Shown piece after piece: positions 1-9,303 of a stretch of DNA of 64,000 bases. The translations under genes were made by a program, and so were the position numbers. The stretch lies in IMG/VR virus record IMGVR_UViG_3300047372_000605, positions 1 through 64,000 of that record; one strand, given 5' to 3'. The notes beneath the pieces are model-generated. The model saw only the letters and a program-made list of their open reading frames with translations, had not been told where the DNA came from and did no database searches. This stretch comes from a virus. The first letter of the stretch is position 1. Each line of letters opens with the position of its first letter.

Positions 1-2
1 GT

Positions 3-1367
3 TCAGCTAATGCTGTAGTAACTGCCTCGGTTTCTGCTAGTACAATGACTTTTACTAAAGGTGATGCTAGCACATTTGATGTTGCTTTACCAACAAGTTC
101 TGGAGGAGGAACAGATGTTATAGCTAATCCAACAGGAAGTGCTTCTATAGCACTCTCTTCATTAAGAGTTGGAAATGTAAATTATGAAATAAGTGGAAGT
201 GGGGGAACTGATATAACATACAATTCAGATGTTTCCCAAGTAGTTCAAAATATAGTAGTACAAGATTTTGACAATGATGTTATTGTTAATTTTAATGCAG
301 GAACTTTAACATTTATATTTGGTACACCTACTGCACCAACCCCAGCATTAAATAATACAGGAGATGCTTTTGCTACAGACAGATTTAATAAAGTATTTGA
401 TACATATGATGTTGTAGGATCATTTAATTTAGGAGCTTATACATTAATAAGTGCTTCATTATTAGAAACTACAGCAGGAAGTGAAGCTACATTACAGGGA
501 CCAGTAGGAACTGGAACTAGTTTATCAGTTTCACCTAACACTACAGGATCAAGATCTTATAGATTAAATATCACTTCAAGTAATCCATCAGATGGATCAA
601 TTGTTTCATCTTCTGTAGATCTTAATTTAACTGTTACCAAATTAGCAGCAGATGTTCCAACTGTATCAACTACAGCAACAGCTCAATTAGGTGTTGGTTC
701 AAATCAAATAGAAGTAGGAGCTACAGGAACTATATCTTATACCTCATCTAGAGGTTCAAATGAAAGAAATTGGGTATTTGTTGATATGGATATGAATTAT
801 CCTCATTTCCCAGCAGGACCTGTACCATCAAATGTTAGTGGAAGTGTTAGCTTAGGCAGTTATGGAGAAGATCAACAATTCTCAATAAATGCAACAGCAG
901 CCTATTCATCTTCGGGTACAAATGGAGATGATAACTCCCCAGCATTAAAACCAAGTAATTCTGCTTTAGCATCTAGAACCTCAGCTAATACAGTTTATAC
1001 TAGAATTAGAAGTGTAAGAGTTGGAGCTTCAGCTCAAGTAGGATTTACAGATAGTGAATTATATGATTTAGCTTCTTGGGATACAACATTAGGAGGAACT
1101 ATTGGACCTATATCAAAAGGAACTACGGATCCAAATGGTTACAATGCAGATATTACATGGACAGGAGACAAATATCAATATATAGTGTATGATTCTTCTA
1201 GAGCTGATTTAGCAAGTATTAAAGAAAGATCTACTTCATTTGATGTACTACCTACTACTTTTGGAGGAGCAGTATATGCAACTGTTGGAGGATATAAAAT
1301 TTATAAATCAACAACACTACAAGCAGGATACGCAGGTACAACTGCAGAATATGTTTTAGCAACTTAA
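3..1367 (+). CDS. Virion structural/fibre-like protein, 5'-truncated by the window edge
   Basis: The frame is open from position 3 (SANAVVTASVSASTMTFTKG), so the ATG at 45 is probably internal. S/T/G-rich beta composition; shares a TAS..TFTKG..F.V...TxSGG module with the 6121 ORF. Confidence 0.6.
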   Translation, partial: SANAVVTASVSASTMTFTKGDASTFDVALPTSSGGGTDVIANPTGSASIALSSLRVGNVNYEISGSGGTDITYNSDVSQVVQNIVVQDFDNDVIVNFNAGTLTFIFGTPTAPTPALNNTGDAFATDRFNKVFDTYDVVGSFNLGAYTLISASLLETTAGSEATLQGPVGTGTSLSVSPNTTGSRSYRLNITSSNPSDGSIVSSSVDLNLTVTKLAADVPTVSTTATAQLGVGSNQIEVGATGTISYTSSRGSNERNWVFVDMDMNYPHFPAGPVPSNVSGSVSLGSYGEDQQFSINATAAYSSSGTNGDDNSPALKPSNSALASRTSANTVYTRIRSVRVGASAQVGFTDSELYDLASWDTTLGGTIGPISKGTTDPNGYNADITWTGDKYQYIVYDSSRADLASIKERSTSFDVLPTTFGGAVYATVGGYKIYKSTTLQAGYAGTTAEYVLAT

Positions 1368-1380
1368 AAAATTAAATAAA

Positions 1381-4300
1381 ATGCCAATAGTATTACCAGC
1401 GGGATTTCAAATAACTAATAATGAACCAGTAGATTCAAGGATGACAGTTGCCGATCAGGCAGCAAGATTATCTTTTAGTGCTGTAAATGTATTTAATGGT
1501 TTAATCGTATTTCAAAGAGACACAAATGAACTTTATGTATTAACAGATACAGGTTCTTACAACTTAAATTCTGGTTGGAAATTAATAGGAAGTGGATCAG
1601 GAAGTGTACCATCAGGAACAGTATCATCATCGGCACAAATAGTAGCAGGACTACCTTCTGGTACAATTTCAGGATCTTCACAATTGCCTTCAGGCATTGT
1701 TTCTAGCTCAGTACAAACAATATCTAATTTAGGAGGAACAGGAATTTTATCAGGATCAACATCAGTACCCTCAGGAACAGTATCATCATCAGCACAAATA
1801 GTAGCAGGTTTACCTTCAGGTACAGTTTCAGGTTCAGTTCAAGTATTAGGAGGAAGTGGTGTTTTGTCTGGTTCAATATCATCTCAATTACCTTCAGGGG
1901 TTGTTTCATCTTCTGTACAAACCATATCTAATTTAGGTGGAACAGGAATTTTATCAGGATCAACATCAGTACCTTCAGGAACAGTTTCAAGTTCAGCACA
2001 AACAATTGCTAACTTAGATGGTACAGGAATTTTATCAGGATCAACATCTGTACCATCAGGAACAGTATCATCATCGGCACAAATAGTAGCAGGTTTACCC
2101 TCAGGAACAGTTTCGGGTTCAGTTCAAGTTTTAGGTGGGACAGGAATTTTATCAGGATCTATTTCTTCACAATTACCTTCAGGAACAGTTTCAAGTTCAG
2201 CACAAACAATTGCTAACCTGCCTTCAGGTACAGTTTCAGGTTCAGTTCAAGTATTAGGAGGATCGGGAGTTCTATCAGGATCTATATCATCCCAGTTACC
2301 CTCAGGAGTTGTTTCAAGTTCAGTCCAAACTATAGCAAATTTACCTTCGGGCACAGTTTCAGGTTCAGTTCAAGTATTAGGAGGATCAGGAGTTTTATCA
2401 GGATCTATTTCTTCACAACTACCTTCGGGAGTTGTTTCTGGTTCAGTTCAAACAATTGCTAACTTGGGTGGAACAGGGATTTTATCAGGATCAACATCAG
2501 TACCTTCAGGAACAGTTTCAAGTTCAGCACAAACAATTGCTAATTTACCTTCAGGTACAGTTTCGGGTTCAGTTCAAGTTTTAGGTGGGACAGGAATTTT
2601 ATCAGGATCTATATCATCCCAGTTACCTTCAGGGGTTGTTTCATCTTCTGTACAAACTATAGCAAATTTACCTTCAGGCACAGTTTCGGGTTCAGTTCAA
2701 GTATTAGGAGGAAGTGGTGTTTTATCAGGATCTATTTCTTCACAATTACCCTCAGGAGTTGTTTCAGGTTCGGCACAAACAATTGCTAACTTAGATGGAA
2801 CAGGAATACTTTCGGGATCAACATCTGTACCCTCAGGAACAGTATCATCATCAGCACAAATAGCAGGATTAGGATATATAAATCAAACTGAAACAAGTTC
2901 AATGTCTGTAGCAAGTTCATCAGTTGCTGATGTTGCAATAATAGCTACTTATACATCTGAATGGACTTTAGGAGCAAATGGTTCTTCAGATTATACGTTT
3001 ACAGGGCCAGGTTTAACTGGAGCTGAAAATGATCCAATAATATATTTAATTAGAGGCCAACAATATAAGTTTACTAATAATATGGGTGCTCACCCATTTA
3101 GAATACAATCTACCATTACAGGTTCAGCAGGTACTGCTTATAATGATGGTGTAACAAATAATAATGTTTCAAATGGAACCTTATTATGGAATGTACAATT
3201 TGATACTCCAGATGTTTTATACTATCAATGTACTTCACATCCAGCTATGGGTGGTAAAATTATTATTTTAAATACTGGTTCAGGAGCATCTATCCCATCA
3301 GGAACAGTATCATCATCTGCACAAATAATAGCAGGTTTACCTTCAGGTGTAATTTCAGGATCTTCACAGTTACCTACAGGAATTATTTCGGGATCTTCAC
3401 AATTACCTTCAGGTATTGTTTCTAGCTCAGTTCAAACAATTGCTAATCTAGATGGTACAGGAATACTTTCAGGATCAACATCAGTACCCTCAGGAACAGT
3501 ATCATCATCAGCACAAACAATTGCTAACTTAGATGGTACAGGAATTTTATCAGGATCAGTTTCAGTTCCATCAGGAACAGTTTCAAGTTCAGCTCAAACA
3601 ATATCTAATTTAGGTGGAACAGGAATATTATCAGGATCTGTAACAAGTGCTTCATATTCTGTTACTTCATCTTTTATGGTATTTGATGGTAATAGAGCTA
3701 TTTCAAATCAATATCAACCTACAGGGATATATGGTGAAAATTATGGAACTAATAATGTAGTAGATTTCTTAGAACAAGCATATTTTGCAAATACTCCTCC
3801 TGTAATTGATTCTTTAGTATTTGATGTAGATGAATATTCAGCTCAAAGTACTACAGTAGGTACTATAGCATATACAGATCCAGAAGGTGTAGTAACATTC
3901 CAAACTCAAAGTTCATACACAACTGATGATTTTAGAGTAGCTAGTAATGGTGTAATATCAGTTCAAACAACTTTATTAACAGAATCCTTAGAAAATGATA
4001 ACTCACAGGGATATGATGCAGTATTATTCCCAGTTAGAGGTACTGATATAAATGGAGCTACAGTAGATAAAAATTTATATATTAGAATAGCAGGTAATAC
4101 AGCACCTGTTTTTAGAGAAACTAGTATAGGAGGTAATGTATTATCCACAAACTTTACAGCTTCATTATCAGAAAGTTCAGCTGCAGGAGCTAAATCAAAT
4201 GGCACCGTTTATTTCACAGATATAAATAGTGATACAATCACAATACAAACAGGATCCTTATCTACAGCATTTAATAATGCTTTTACTTTAACAATTAATG

Positions 4301-6099
4301 CTACTAATGTAGTTTTAACACAAACTACATCTTCACTAGATTATGATACAAACCCAAAATATGAGTTTGTTTTAACAGCAAGTGATGAACATTATCAAAG
4401 TGGACAAGACCCAACATCTATAACTTATTTACCTTATCAAATTAGAGTATTAGATAATGCTACCCCAACCATCAATGATCAACAATTTGATATTAATGAA
4501 AATGTTAATGTTAATAATGGTCAAGGTTTAGTAAGTGGTGAGTACAGAAATGTAGGACAACTTTCAGCAGATGGTAATGATGTAGGAGATGTAATTACTT
4601 ATTCAAATTTTACACTACAATCTTTATCAATAGATGGTGTAAACGTTCCTATAGGAACATATACAGGTGGAGGTCAATCGGATCCAACAGAAGATGCTTT
4701 TGAAATAACATCAGCAGGATATATTACTAGAAAAAATGGTGTATTTGTTAATTCAGATTTAATAAATAAATATGTTTACCAAGTAACAGTTAGAGATCAA
4801 TATGATCCAGGAACTGACACAGCATTAATTGATATAGACATAGATGATGATACAGCTCCTTCTATAAATAAAAATTGGAGTACAAGAGCTTATATAATAG
4901 AATCAGCAGAAACAAATGATTTTGCTTATACTAATACTAATGGATACACTGGAACAGTAGCTAGAAATACAAGTACATATAGTGTTCAAAATGAAACAGT
5001 AACATGGACTATTAATAGCCCTTCAAGCGTACTTGATTTTAATGGAACTCAACAAATATTTGCAGCTTCAGACATTAGTGGATCATATACAGACGGTGAT
5101 CTTATTAATTTTAGTGTAACAGCTTCAAACACATTTGGAACAGAAAATAGACAATCTTATACTATAGAAGTATCAGAAAATCTTGCCCCAAGTGTAGCAT
5201 TTAGTTTAGGAGCGGGTGGATTTACAGGTTCTCAATCCCCAGGAACAACAATAGGAACAATAAATGTTTCAGATTCACAAGGAGAAAATATTGAAAGTTT
5301 AACCTTATCAGGAACAGATGCAGGTAGCTTTACTCTAGGGCCTAATCCAGGTGCAGGTTCTTCAAGAACTTGGAATTTAAATGTAGGAGCTAGTTCATTA
5401 CAAACTGGATCTTACAGTTTAAATGGTGTAGGTACTGATGCTTACGGAAAATCAACTACTCAACCAATATCAATTACTATAGCAGCACCAGCTGCAGCAG
5501 ACACAGGATATGTTTATACTATGGACTTAAATGCTGATTTTGATTTTGCTTTTGGTATATCTTCTAGAAGTGGTGCAACACCTCCAGTTCCAACAGTAGC
5601 TACTACTTATGGACTTTTAGATAGTGTTGTAAACTCTGATACTTTAGGAGATGCTTCTATTAATTTTTCATATGGAGGTCCTTATCAATCAGTAAGAAGA
5701 TTAGATGATACAGGAACTACACCTGACAATTTAATATCAGGAAGTAACCTTGGAGCAGGTACAAGTGGATTCCAAAGAGTAATAGTATTTATACCTAATG
5801 GTGGAAATATGACTGAATTACCTACAAGTTTTACAACAAGTGATCCAAATTCAGGTAACTCTACTTCAGGACAATTTGTAAATTTTGTTTCTGTAGAAAA
5901 TTCATTCCAAAATTCAACTGGAGGGTTAGATAATGATATTAAAGAAACCCAAGTATTAAACTTAACATTAGGCACTGCAGTAAATGGGTATACAAACTGG
6001 TATATGATAGCAACAACAGATCGATTTAATTCAACTGATGGTAATATTTATATGAGAATGATACCTGCAAACGCAGCAAGTGGTTCTGTACCAACCTAA
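1381..6099 (+). CDS. Large virion fibre/decoration protein with Ser/Gly repeats, a cupredoxin-like motif and cadherin-like repeats
   Basis: 1572 aa; tandem (L/V)PSG(T/V)VS(S/G)S(A/V)Q and LGG(T/S)G(I/V)LSGS units; HPF...YYQCTSHPAM; NTPP/NTAP/DNATP/DDTAP/ENLAP linkers. Confidence 0.65.
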   Translation: MPIVLPAGFQITNNEPVDSRMTVADQAARLSFSAVNVFNGLIVFQRDTNELYVLTDTGSYNLNSGWKLIGSGSGSVPSGTVSSSAQIVAGLPSGTISGSSQLPSGIVSSSVQTISNLGGTGILSGSTSVPSGTVSSSAQIVAGLPSGTVSGSVQVLGGSGVLSGSISSQLPSGVVSSSVQTISNLGGTGILSGSTSVPSGTVSSSAQTIANLDGTGILSGSTSVPSGTVSSSAQIVAGLPSGTVSGSVQVLGGTGILSGSISSQLPSGTVSSSAQTIANLPSGTVSGSVQVLGGSGVLSGSISSQLPSGVVSSSVQTIANLPSGTVSGSVQVLGGSGVLSGSISSQLPSGVVSGSVQTIANLGGTGILSGSTSVPSGTVSSSAQTIANLPSGTVSGSVQVLGGTGILSGSISSQLPSGVVSSSVQTIANLPSGTVSGSVQVLGGSGVLSGSISSQLPSGVVSGSAQTIANLDGTGILSGSTSVPSGTVSSSAQIAGLGYINQTETSSMSVASSSVADVAIIATYTSEWTLGANGSSDYTFTGPGLTGAENDPIIYLIRGQQYKFTNNMGAHPFRIQSTITGSAGTAYNDGVTNNNVSNGTLLWNVQFDTPDVLYYQCTSHPAMGGKIIILNTGSGASIPSGTVSSSAQIIAGLPSGVISGSSQLPTGIISGSSQLPSGIVSSSVQTIANLDGTGILSGSTSVPSGTVSSSAQTIANLDGTGILSGSVSVPSGTVSSSAQTISNLGGTGILSGSVTSASYSVTSSFMVFDGNRAISNQYQPTGIYGENYGTNNVVDFLEQAYFANTPPVIDSLVFDVDEYSAQSTTVGTIAYTDPEGVVTFQTQSSYTTDDFRVASNGVISVQTTLLTESLENDNSQGYDAVLFPVRGTDINGATVDKNLYIRIAGNTAPVFRETSIGGNVLSTNFTASLSESSAAGAKSNGTVYFTDINSDTITIQTGSLSTAFNNAFTLTINATNVVLTQTTSSLDYDTNPKYEFVLTASDEHYQSGQDPTSITYLPYQIRVLDNATPTINDQQFDINENVNVNNGQGLVSGEYRNVGQLSADGNDVGDVITYSNFTLQSLSIDGVNVPIGTYTGGGQSDPTEDAFEITSAGYITRKNGVFVNSDLINKYVYQVTVRDQYDPGTDTALIDIDIDDDTAPSINKNWSTRAYIIESAETNDFAYTNTNGYTGTVARNTSTYSVQNETVTWTINSPSSVLDFNGTQQIFAASDISGSYTDGDLINFSVTASNTFGTENRQSYTIEVSENLAPSVAFSLGAGGFTGSQSPGTTIGTINVSDSQGENIESLTLSGTDAGSFTLGPNPGAGSSRTWNLNVGASSLQTGSYSLNGVGTDAYGKSTTQPISITIAAPAAADTGYVYTMDLNADFDFAFGISSRSGATPPVPTVATTYGLLDSVVNSDTLGDASINFSYGGPYQSVRRLDDTGTTPDNLISGSNLGAGTSGFQRVIVFIPNGGNMTELPTSFTTSDPNSGNSTSGQFVNFVSVENSFQNSTGGLDNDIKETQVLNLTLGTAVNGYTNWYMIATTDRFNSTDGNIYMRMIPANAASGSVPT
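1606..2865 (+). repeat. Coding tandem repeat array (PSGTVSSSAQ / GGTGILSGS modules); second block at about 3292-3640
   Basis: Many degenerate in-frame copies with synonymous variation, e.g. ccttcaggaacagtttcaagttcagcacaaac and ggaattttatcaggatc. Confidence 0.9.
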
Positions 6100-6120
6100 T
6101 AACTAAATAAAAATTAAAAA

Positions 6121-6804
6121 ATGGCAATATCAGTACCAGAGAATTTAGTCTTAGCCGCAAGTGCTACCGGTTCACTCCCCTTAGCGGATATTAAATATAT
6201 TAAAGGAGCCTTTAAAATATTTGAGACTGCTGCAGAAATGCAGAATGCAATTGTAGAACAAGTTACAGATAATCAAATAGTTTGGTTAGAGGCTAGTTCT
6301 TCATTATATCAGGCTACTATAAATCCAGCTAACCCACCAATTTCATTTTTCCCCACAGTAACTTGGAATTCTTTTTCATTTCCAGGTGGTGGAGGAAGTG
6401 TAAATACTGGTTCATTAATGACAACTGCATCGGCAGCATTAAATGTCCTAACATTTACCAAAGGTAATGGAGATCAATTCTCAGTTACAATAGATACTGG
6501 TTCGGGAGGAAGTGGAACACCAGGTTCACCAGCTAACTCAGTACAATTTAATGATGCAGGTAGTTTTGGAGGAGATTCTAAATTTTTATTCAATAAAACT
6601 ACAGGTTTAACTCAAATAAGTGGTAGTTTTCAAATTACTAGTTCAGTATCTGATGATGTCTTTATTATTAAGAGCGGAGATACTGACTTATTTAAGGTAC
6701 AGAATAATGGAGTAGTTGTATTTGCTTCTCAATCTTCTTTACCAACAGCGGTAGAAGGAGGAATGGTATACTCTGCTTCAGCTTTTTATGTAGGAGTAGA
6801 ATAG
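6121..6804 (+). CDS. Putative virion structural protein (fibre-associated)
   Basis: 227 aa; PGSPANSVQFNDAGSFGG module also seen in the 31918 fibre; lies in the structural block. Confidence 0.55.
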   Translation: MAISVPENLVLAASATGSLPLADIKYIKGAFKIFETAAEMQNAIVEQVTDNQIVWLEASSSLYQATINPANPPISFFPTVTWNSFSFPGGGGSVNTGSLMTTASAALNVLTFTKGNGDQFSVTIDTGSGGSGTPGSPANSVQFNDAGSFGGDSKFLFNKTTGLTQISGSFQITSSVSDDVFIIKSGDTDLFKVQNNGVVVFASQSSLPTAVEGGMVYSASAFYVGVE

Positions 6805-6922
6805 ATAACGTATTTATAATTGATATTTAAATCGATTTAATAAAAAAATTAATTGTATCAAAGTGGTACAATTACTTTTAGAAAAACAAAAAACAATTAT
6901 TAATAATTAAAATTTAACAATT

Positions 6923-8500
6923 ATGGCAACATGGAAAAAAGTAGTTGTATCAGGTAGTTCGTTAGCTCAGTTAGATAACAGTACCACCAACTACATAACT
7001 TCGGCGGGTGCACCAGTACAAAGTGTATCAGGTCAAACAGGAACTGTAACAACGACTCAGATATTAGCTGGTTCGACTGTTCTTTCAGGTTCCTTCCCAT
7101 CTGCACCTGTAACAAGTGTAGCAGGTCAAACGGGAGTAGTAACGCAAACCCAAATATTTGCAGGATCAGGAGCACTATCAGGCTCAGATTCAATGACTAT
7201 TGCGGGTAGCACAGTAGCATTAGGTGGTTCAATTACAGCCGATACTATTGCAGGTCAAATCAGTAATGACACTATTACTAACGCTCAGTTAGCGAATGAA
7301 GGAATGACCATTGCAGGTAACTCAGTAAACTTAGGTGGATCAGTTTCACAAGCAAATATATTAGCTGGTTCGACTGTTCTTTCTGGATCATTCCCATCTG
7401 CACCAGTAACAAGTGTAGCAGGTCAGACAGGAGTAGTAACACAGACTCAAATATTAGCTGGTTCAACTGTTCTTTCAGGTTCTTTCCCTACAGCACCAGT
7501 AACAAGTGTAGCAGGTCAAACAGGAGTAGTAACACAGACTCAAATATTTGCAGGATCAGGAGCATATTCAGGATCTAATTCAATGACTATTGCAGGACAA
7601 ACAGTAGCATTAGGAGGATCAATTACAGCGGATACTATCGCTGGCCAAATTAGCAACGATACTATTACCAATGCTCAATTAGCAAATGAAGGAATGACCA
7701 TTGCAGGTAACTCAGTAAACTTAGGTGGTTCAGTTTCACAAGCAAATATATTAGCTGGTTCAACTGTTCTTTCAGGTTCTTTCCCTACAGCACCAGTAAC
7801 AAGTGTGGCAGGTCAGACGGGAGTAGTAACACAGACTCAGATATTAGCTGGTTCAACTGTTCTTTCAGGTTCTTTCCCTACAGCACCAGTAACAAGTGTG
7901 GCAGGTCAGACAGGAGTAGTAACACAGACTCAGATATTAGCTGGTTCAACAGTATTATCAGGTTCGTTCCCAAGTGCATTCATTTCTTCTGTAACAGATA
8001 CTTCAGGCCAAACTGGTATTGATTTTACAGTAAATGCAGGAGCATTATCAGCAGTAGCTGTTGGATTAGGAACTAGTGATGATGTTGAATTTTCAAACTT
8101 AACAGTTTCAGGTGATTTAAGTGTAGCAGGAACTGCTTCATTTAAAAACGCTACAAACTTAAACGTAGCGGATCAATACATCTCAATGAACTCAGGTTCA
8201 GCAGGAGCTGCTAATGATTCTGGTGGTATAGTAGTACTACAAGATGGTCCTAATGGTGAATTATTCGGTTGGGCAGATGCAGCTGCATCAGCAATTGGTG
8301 GTCAAAGATGGGGTATTAAAACCAACTTTAACCCAAGTTCAACTGGTAATTTTGATCCAGATGCTTATATGGCAGCTGTATTAAAAGGACAAGATAATGT
8401 TAATAGTGCCTCAGGCATTGCAGCTATTGATAGTACTTACAACAGAAAAGGTAATATTTATGTAGCAAGTAATTTGGAGGATATTTGGATTTATTCTTAA
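6923..8500 (+). CDS. Repeat-rich fibre/structural protein (MxxWKKV family)
   Basis: 525 aa; repeats APVTSVAGQTGVVTQTQILAGSTVLSGSFP and MTIAGxxVxLGGS; N-terminus resembles that of the 31918 fibre. Confidence 0.6.
   Translation: MATWKKVVVSGSSLAQLDNSTTNYITSAGAPVQSVSGQTGTVTTTQILAGSTVLSGSFPSAPVTSVAGQTGVVTQTQIFAGSGALSGSDSMTIAGSTVALGGSITADTIAGQISNDTITNAQLANEGMTIAGNSVNLGGSVSQANILAGSTVLSGSFPSAPVTSVAGQTGVVTQTQILAGSTVLSGSFPTAPVTSVAGQTGVVTQTQIFAGSGAYSGSNSMTIAGQTVALGGSITADTIAGQISNDTITNAQLANEGMTIAGNSVNLGGSVSQANILAGSTVLSGSFPTAPVTSVAGQTGVVTQTQILAGSTVLSGSFPTAPVTSVAGQTGVVTQTQILAGSTVLSGSFPSAFISSVTDTSGQTGIDFTVNAGALSAVAVGLGTSDDVEFSNLTVSGDLSVAGTASFKNATNLNVADQYISMNSGSAGAANDSGGIVVLQDGPNGELFGWADAAASAIGGQRWGIKTNFNPSSTGNFDPDAYMAAVLKGQDNVNSASGIAAIDSTYNRKGNIYVASNLEDIWIYS
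7010..7975 (+). repeat. Coding tandem repeats (93-nt/31-aa units plus a larger duplicated block)
   Basis: Near-identical gcaccagtaacaagtgt(a/g)gcaggtca(a/g)ac...atattagctggttc units. Confidence 0.9.
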
Positions 8501-8526
8501 TATTACATAATAACAATTAACCAAAT

Positions 8527-8560
8527 AAGGGCTGTGTTGCATAAATGCAGCCCTTTTTTT
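8527..8560 (+). terminator. Rho-independent terminator
   Basis: AAGGGCTG...CAGCCCTT stem followed by a T7 tract. Confidence 0.8.
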
Positions 8561-8576
8561 AATAAAATTTTTAAAT

Positions 8577-8777
8577 ATGGGTTTTAAAGCAAAAAATATA
8601 AAATCACCTAATAAGGTATCATCATCAGTGAATTTAAAAAAAGTTAAAGTAGATTTGGATAAGCGAGAACTTAGTCTTATATTAAATGGAGTTAAAAATT
8701 CCAACTTCCAAGGTAAGGATGTTCAAGGAGTTTTTAATTTAGTATTAAAATTACAAAACGCATATTCAAAATTATAA
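8577..8777 (+). CDS. Hypothetical small protein
   Basis: 66-aa ORF in the operon; C-terminal half resembles the next ORF (FQGKDV..V..KLQ vs IKGSDA..M..KLQ). Confidence 0.6.
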   Translation: MGFKAKNIKSPNKVSSSVNLKKVKVDLDKRELSLILNGVKNSNFQGKDVQGVFNLVLKLQNAYSKL

Positions 8778-8780
8778 AAA

Positions 8781-8990
8781 ATGGAATTAAATATCAATGA
8801 TTACAGAGTCCTAATAGGAGCTGTACAAAGTCTTAATATTAAAGGATCAGATGCTATTTATATGGCAAGTTTACTAAATAAACTACAAGATCAAGTTAGC
8901 AGATTAGAGATAGAATCTCAAGAAGGAAAAGATTTTGATTCTCCAAAATCAGAAACCACACCAGAATCTAAACCTAAACCTAAAAAATAA
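8781..8990 (+). CDS. Hypothetical small protein
   Basis: 69-aa ORF, tightly packed. Confidence 0.6.
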   Translation: MELNINDYRVLIGAVQSLNIKGSDAIYMASLLNKLQDQVSRLEIESQEGKDFDSPKSETTPESKPKPKK

Positions 8991-9001
8991 TATTTATAGT
9001 C

Positions 9002-9250
9002 ATGGAAAAAACAGTTTTAAATAAAGAAGAAATTACAGAATTAAAAGAAATTCAAGATCTTCAAAATGGTTTATTATATAGATTAGGTCAAATTGAGTAC
9101 CAATTAAGAAATTTAAATAAAACTAAAGAACAAACATCTTTAGAATTATCATCCTCAGAACAAGAATCAGCTAAATTAGCGAAAAAATTAGAGGAAAAGT
9201 ATGGGGTAGGAACAGTAAATATAGAAAGCGGCGAATTTATTAAAGCTTAA
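9002..9250 (+). CDS. Small coiled-coil protein
   Basis: 82 aa, heptad-like, ends LEEKYGVGTVNIESGEF; preceded by TATTTATA. Confidence 0.65.
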   Translation: MEKTVLNKEEITELKEIQDLQNGLLYRLGQIEYQLRNLNKTKEQTSLELSSSEQESAKLAKKLEEKYGVGTVNIESGEFIKA

Positions 9251-9303
9251 TCAATTTTTACACCCTTCTCCAGTATTTATAAACAAAATAAACTTATTAT
9301 AAA

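Noticed and set aside
6827-6840. Palindrome TTAAATCGATTTAA
   Set aside because: Single AT-rich copy, plausible by chance.
1606-7975. Repeat arrays as CRISPR or DGR template/variable repeats
   Set aside because: They are in-frame coding repeats with synonymous variation, no unique spacers, no adenine-specific pattern, and no reverse transcriptase in the window.
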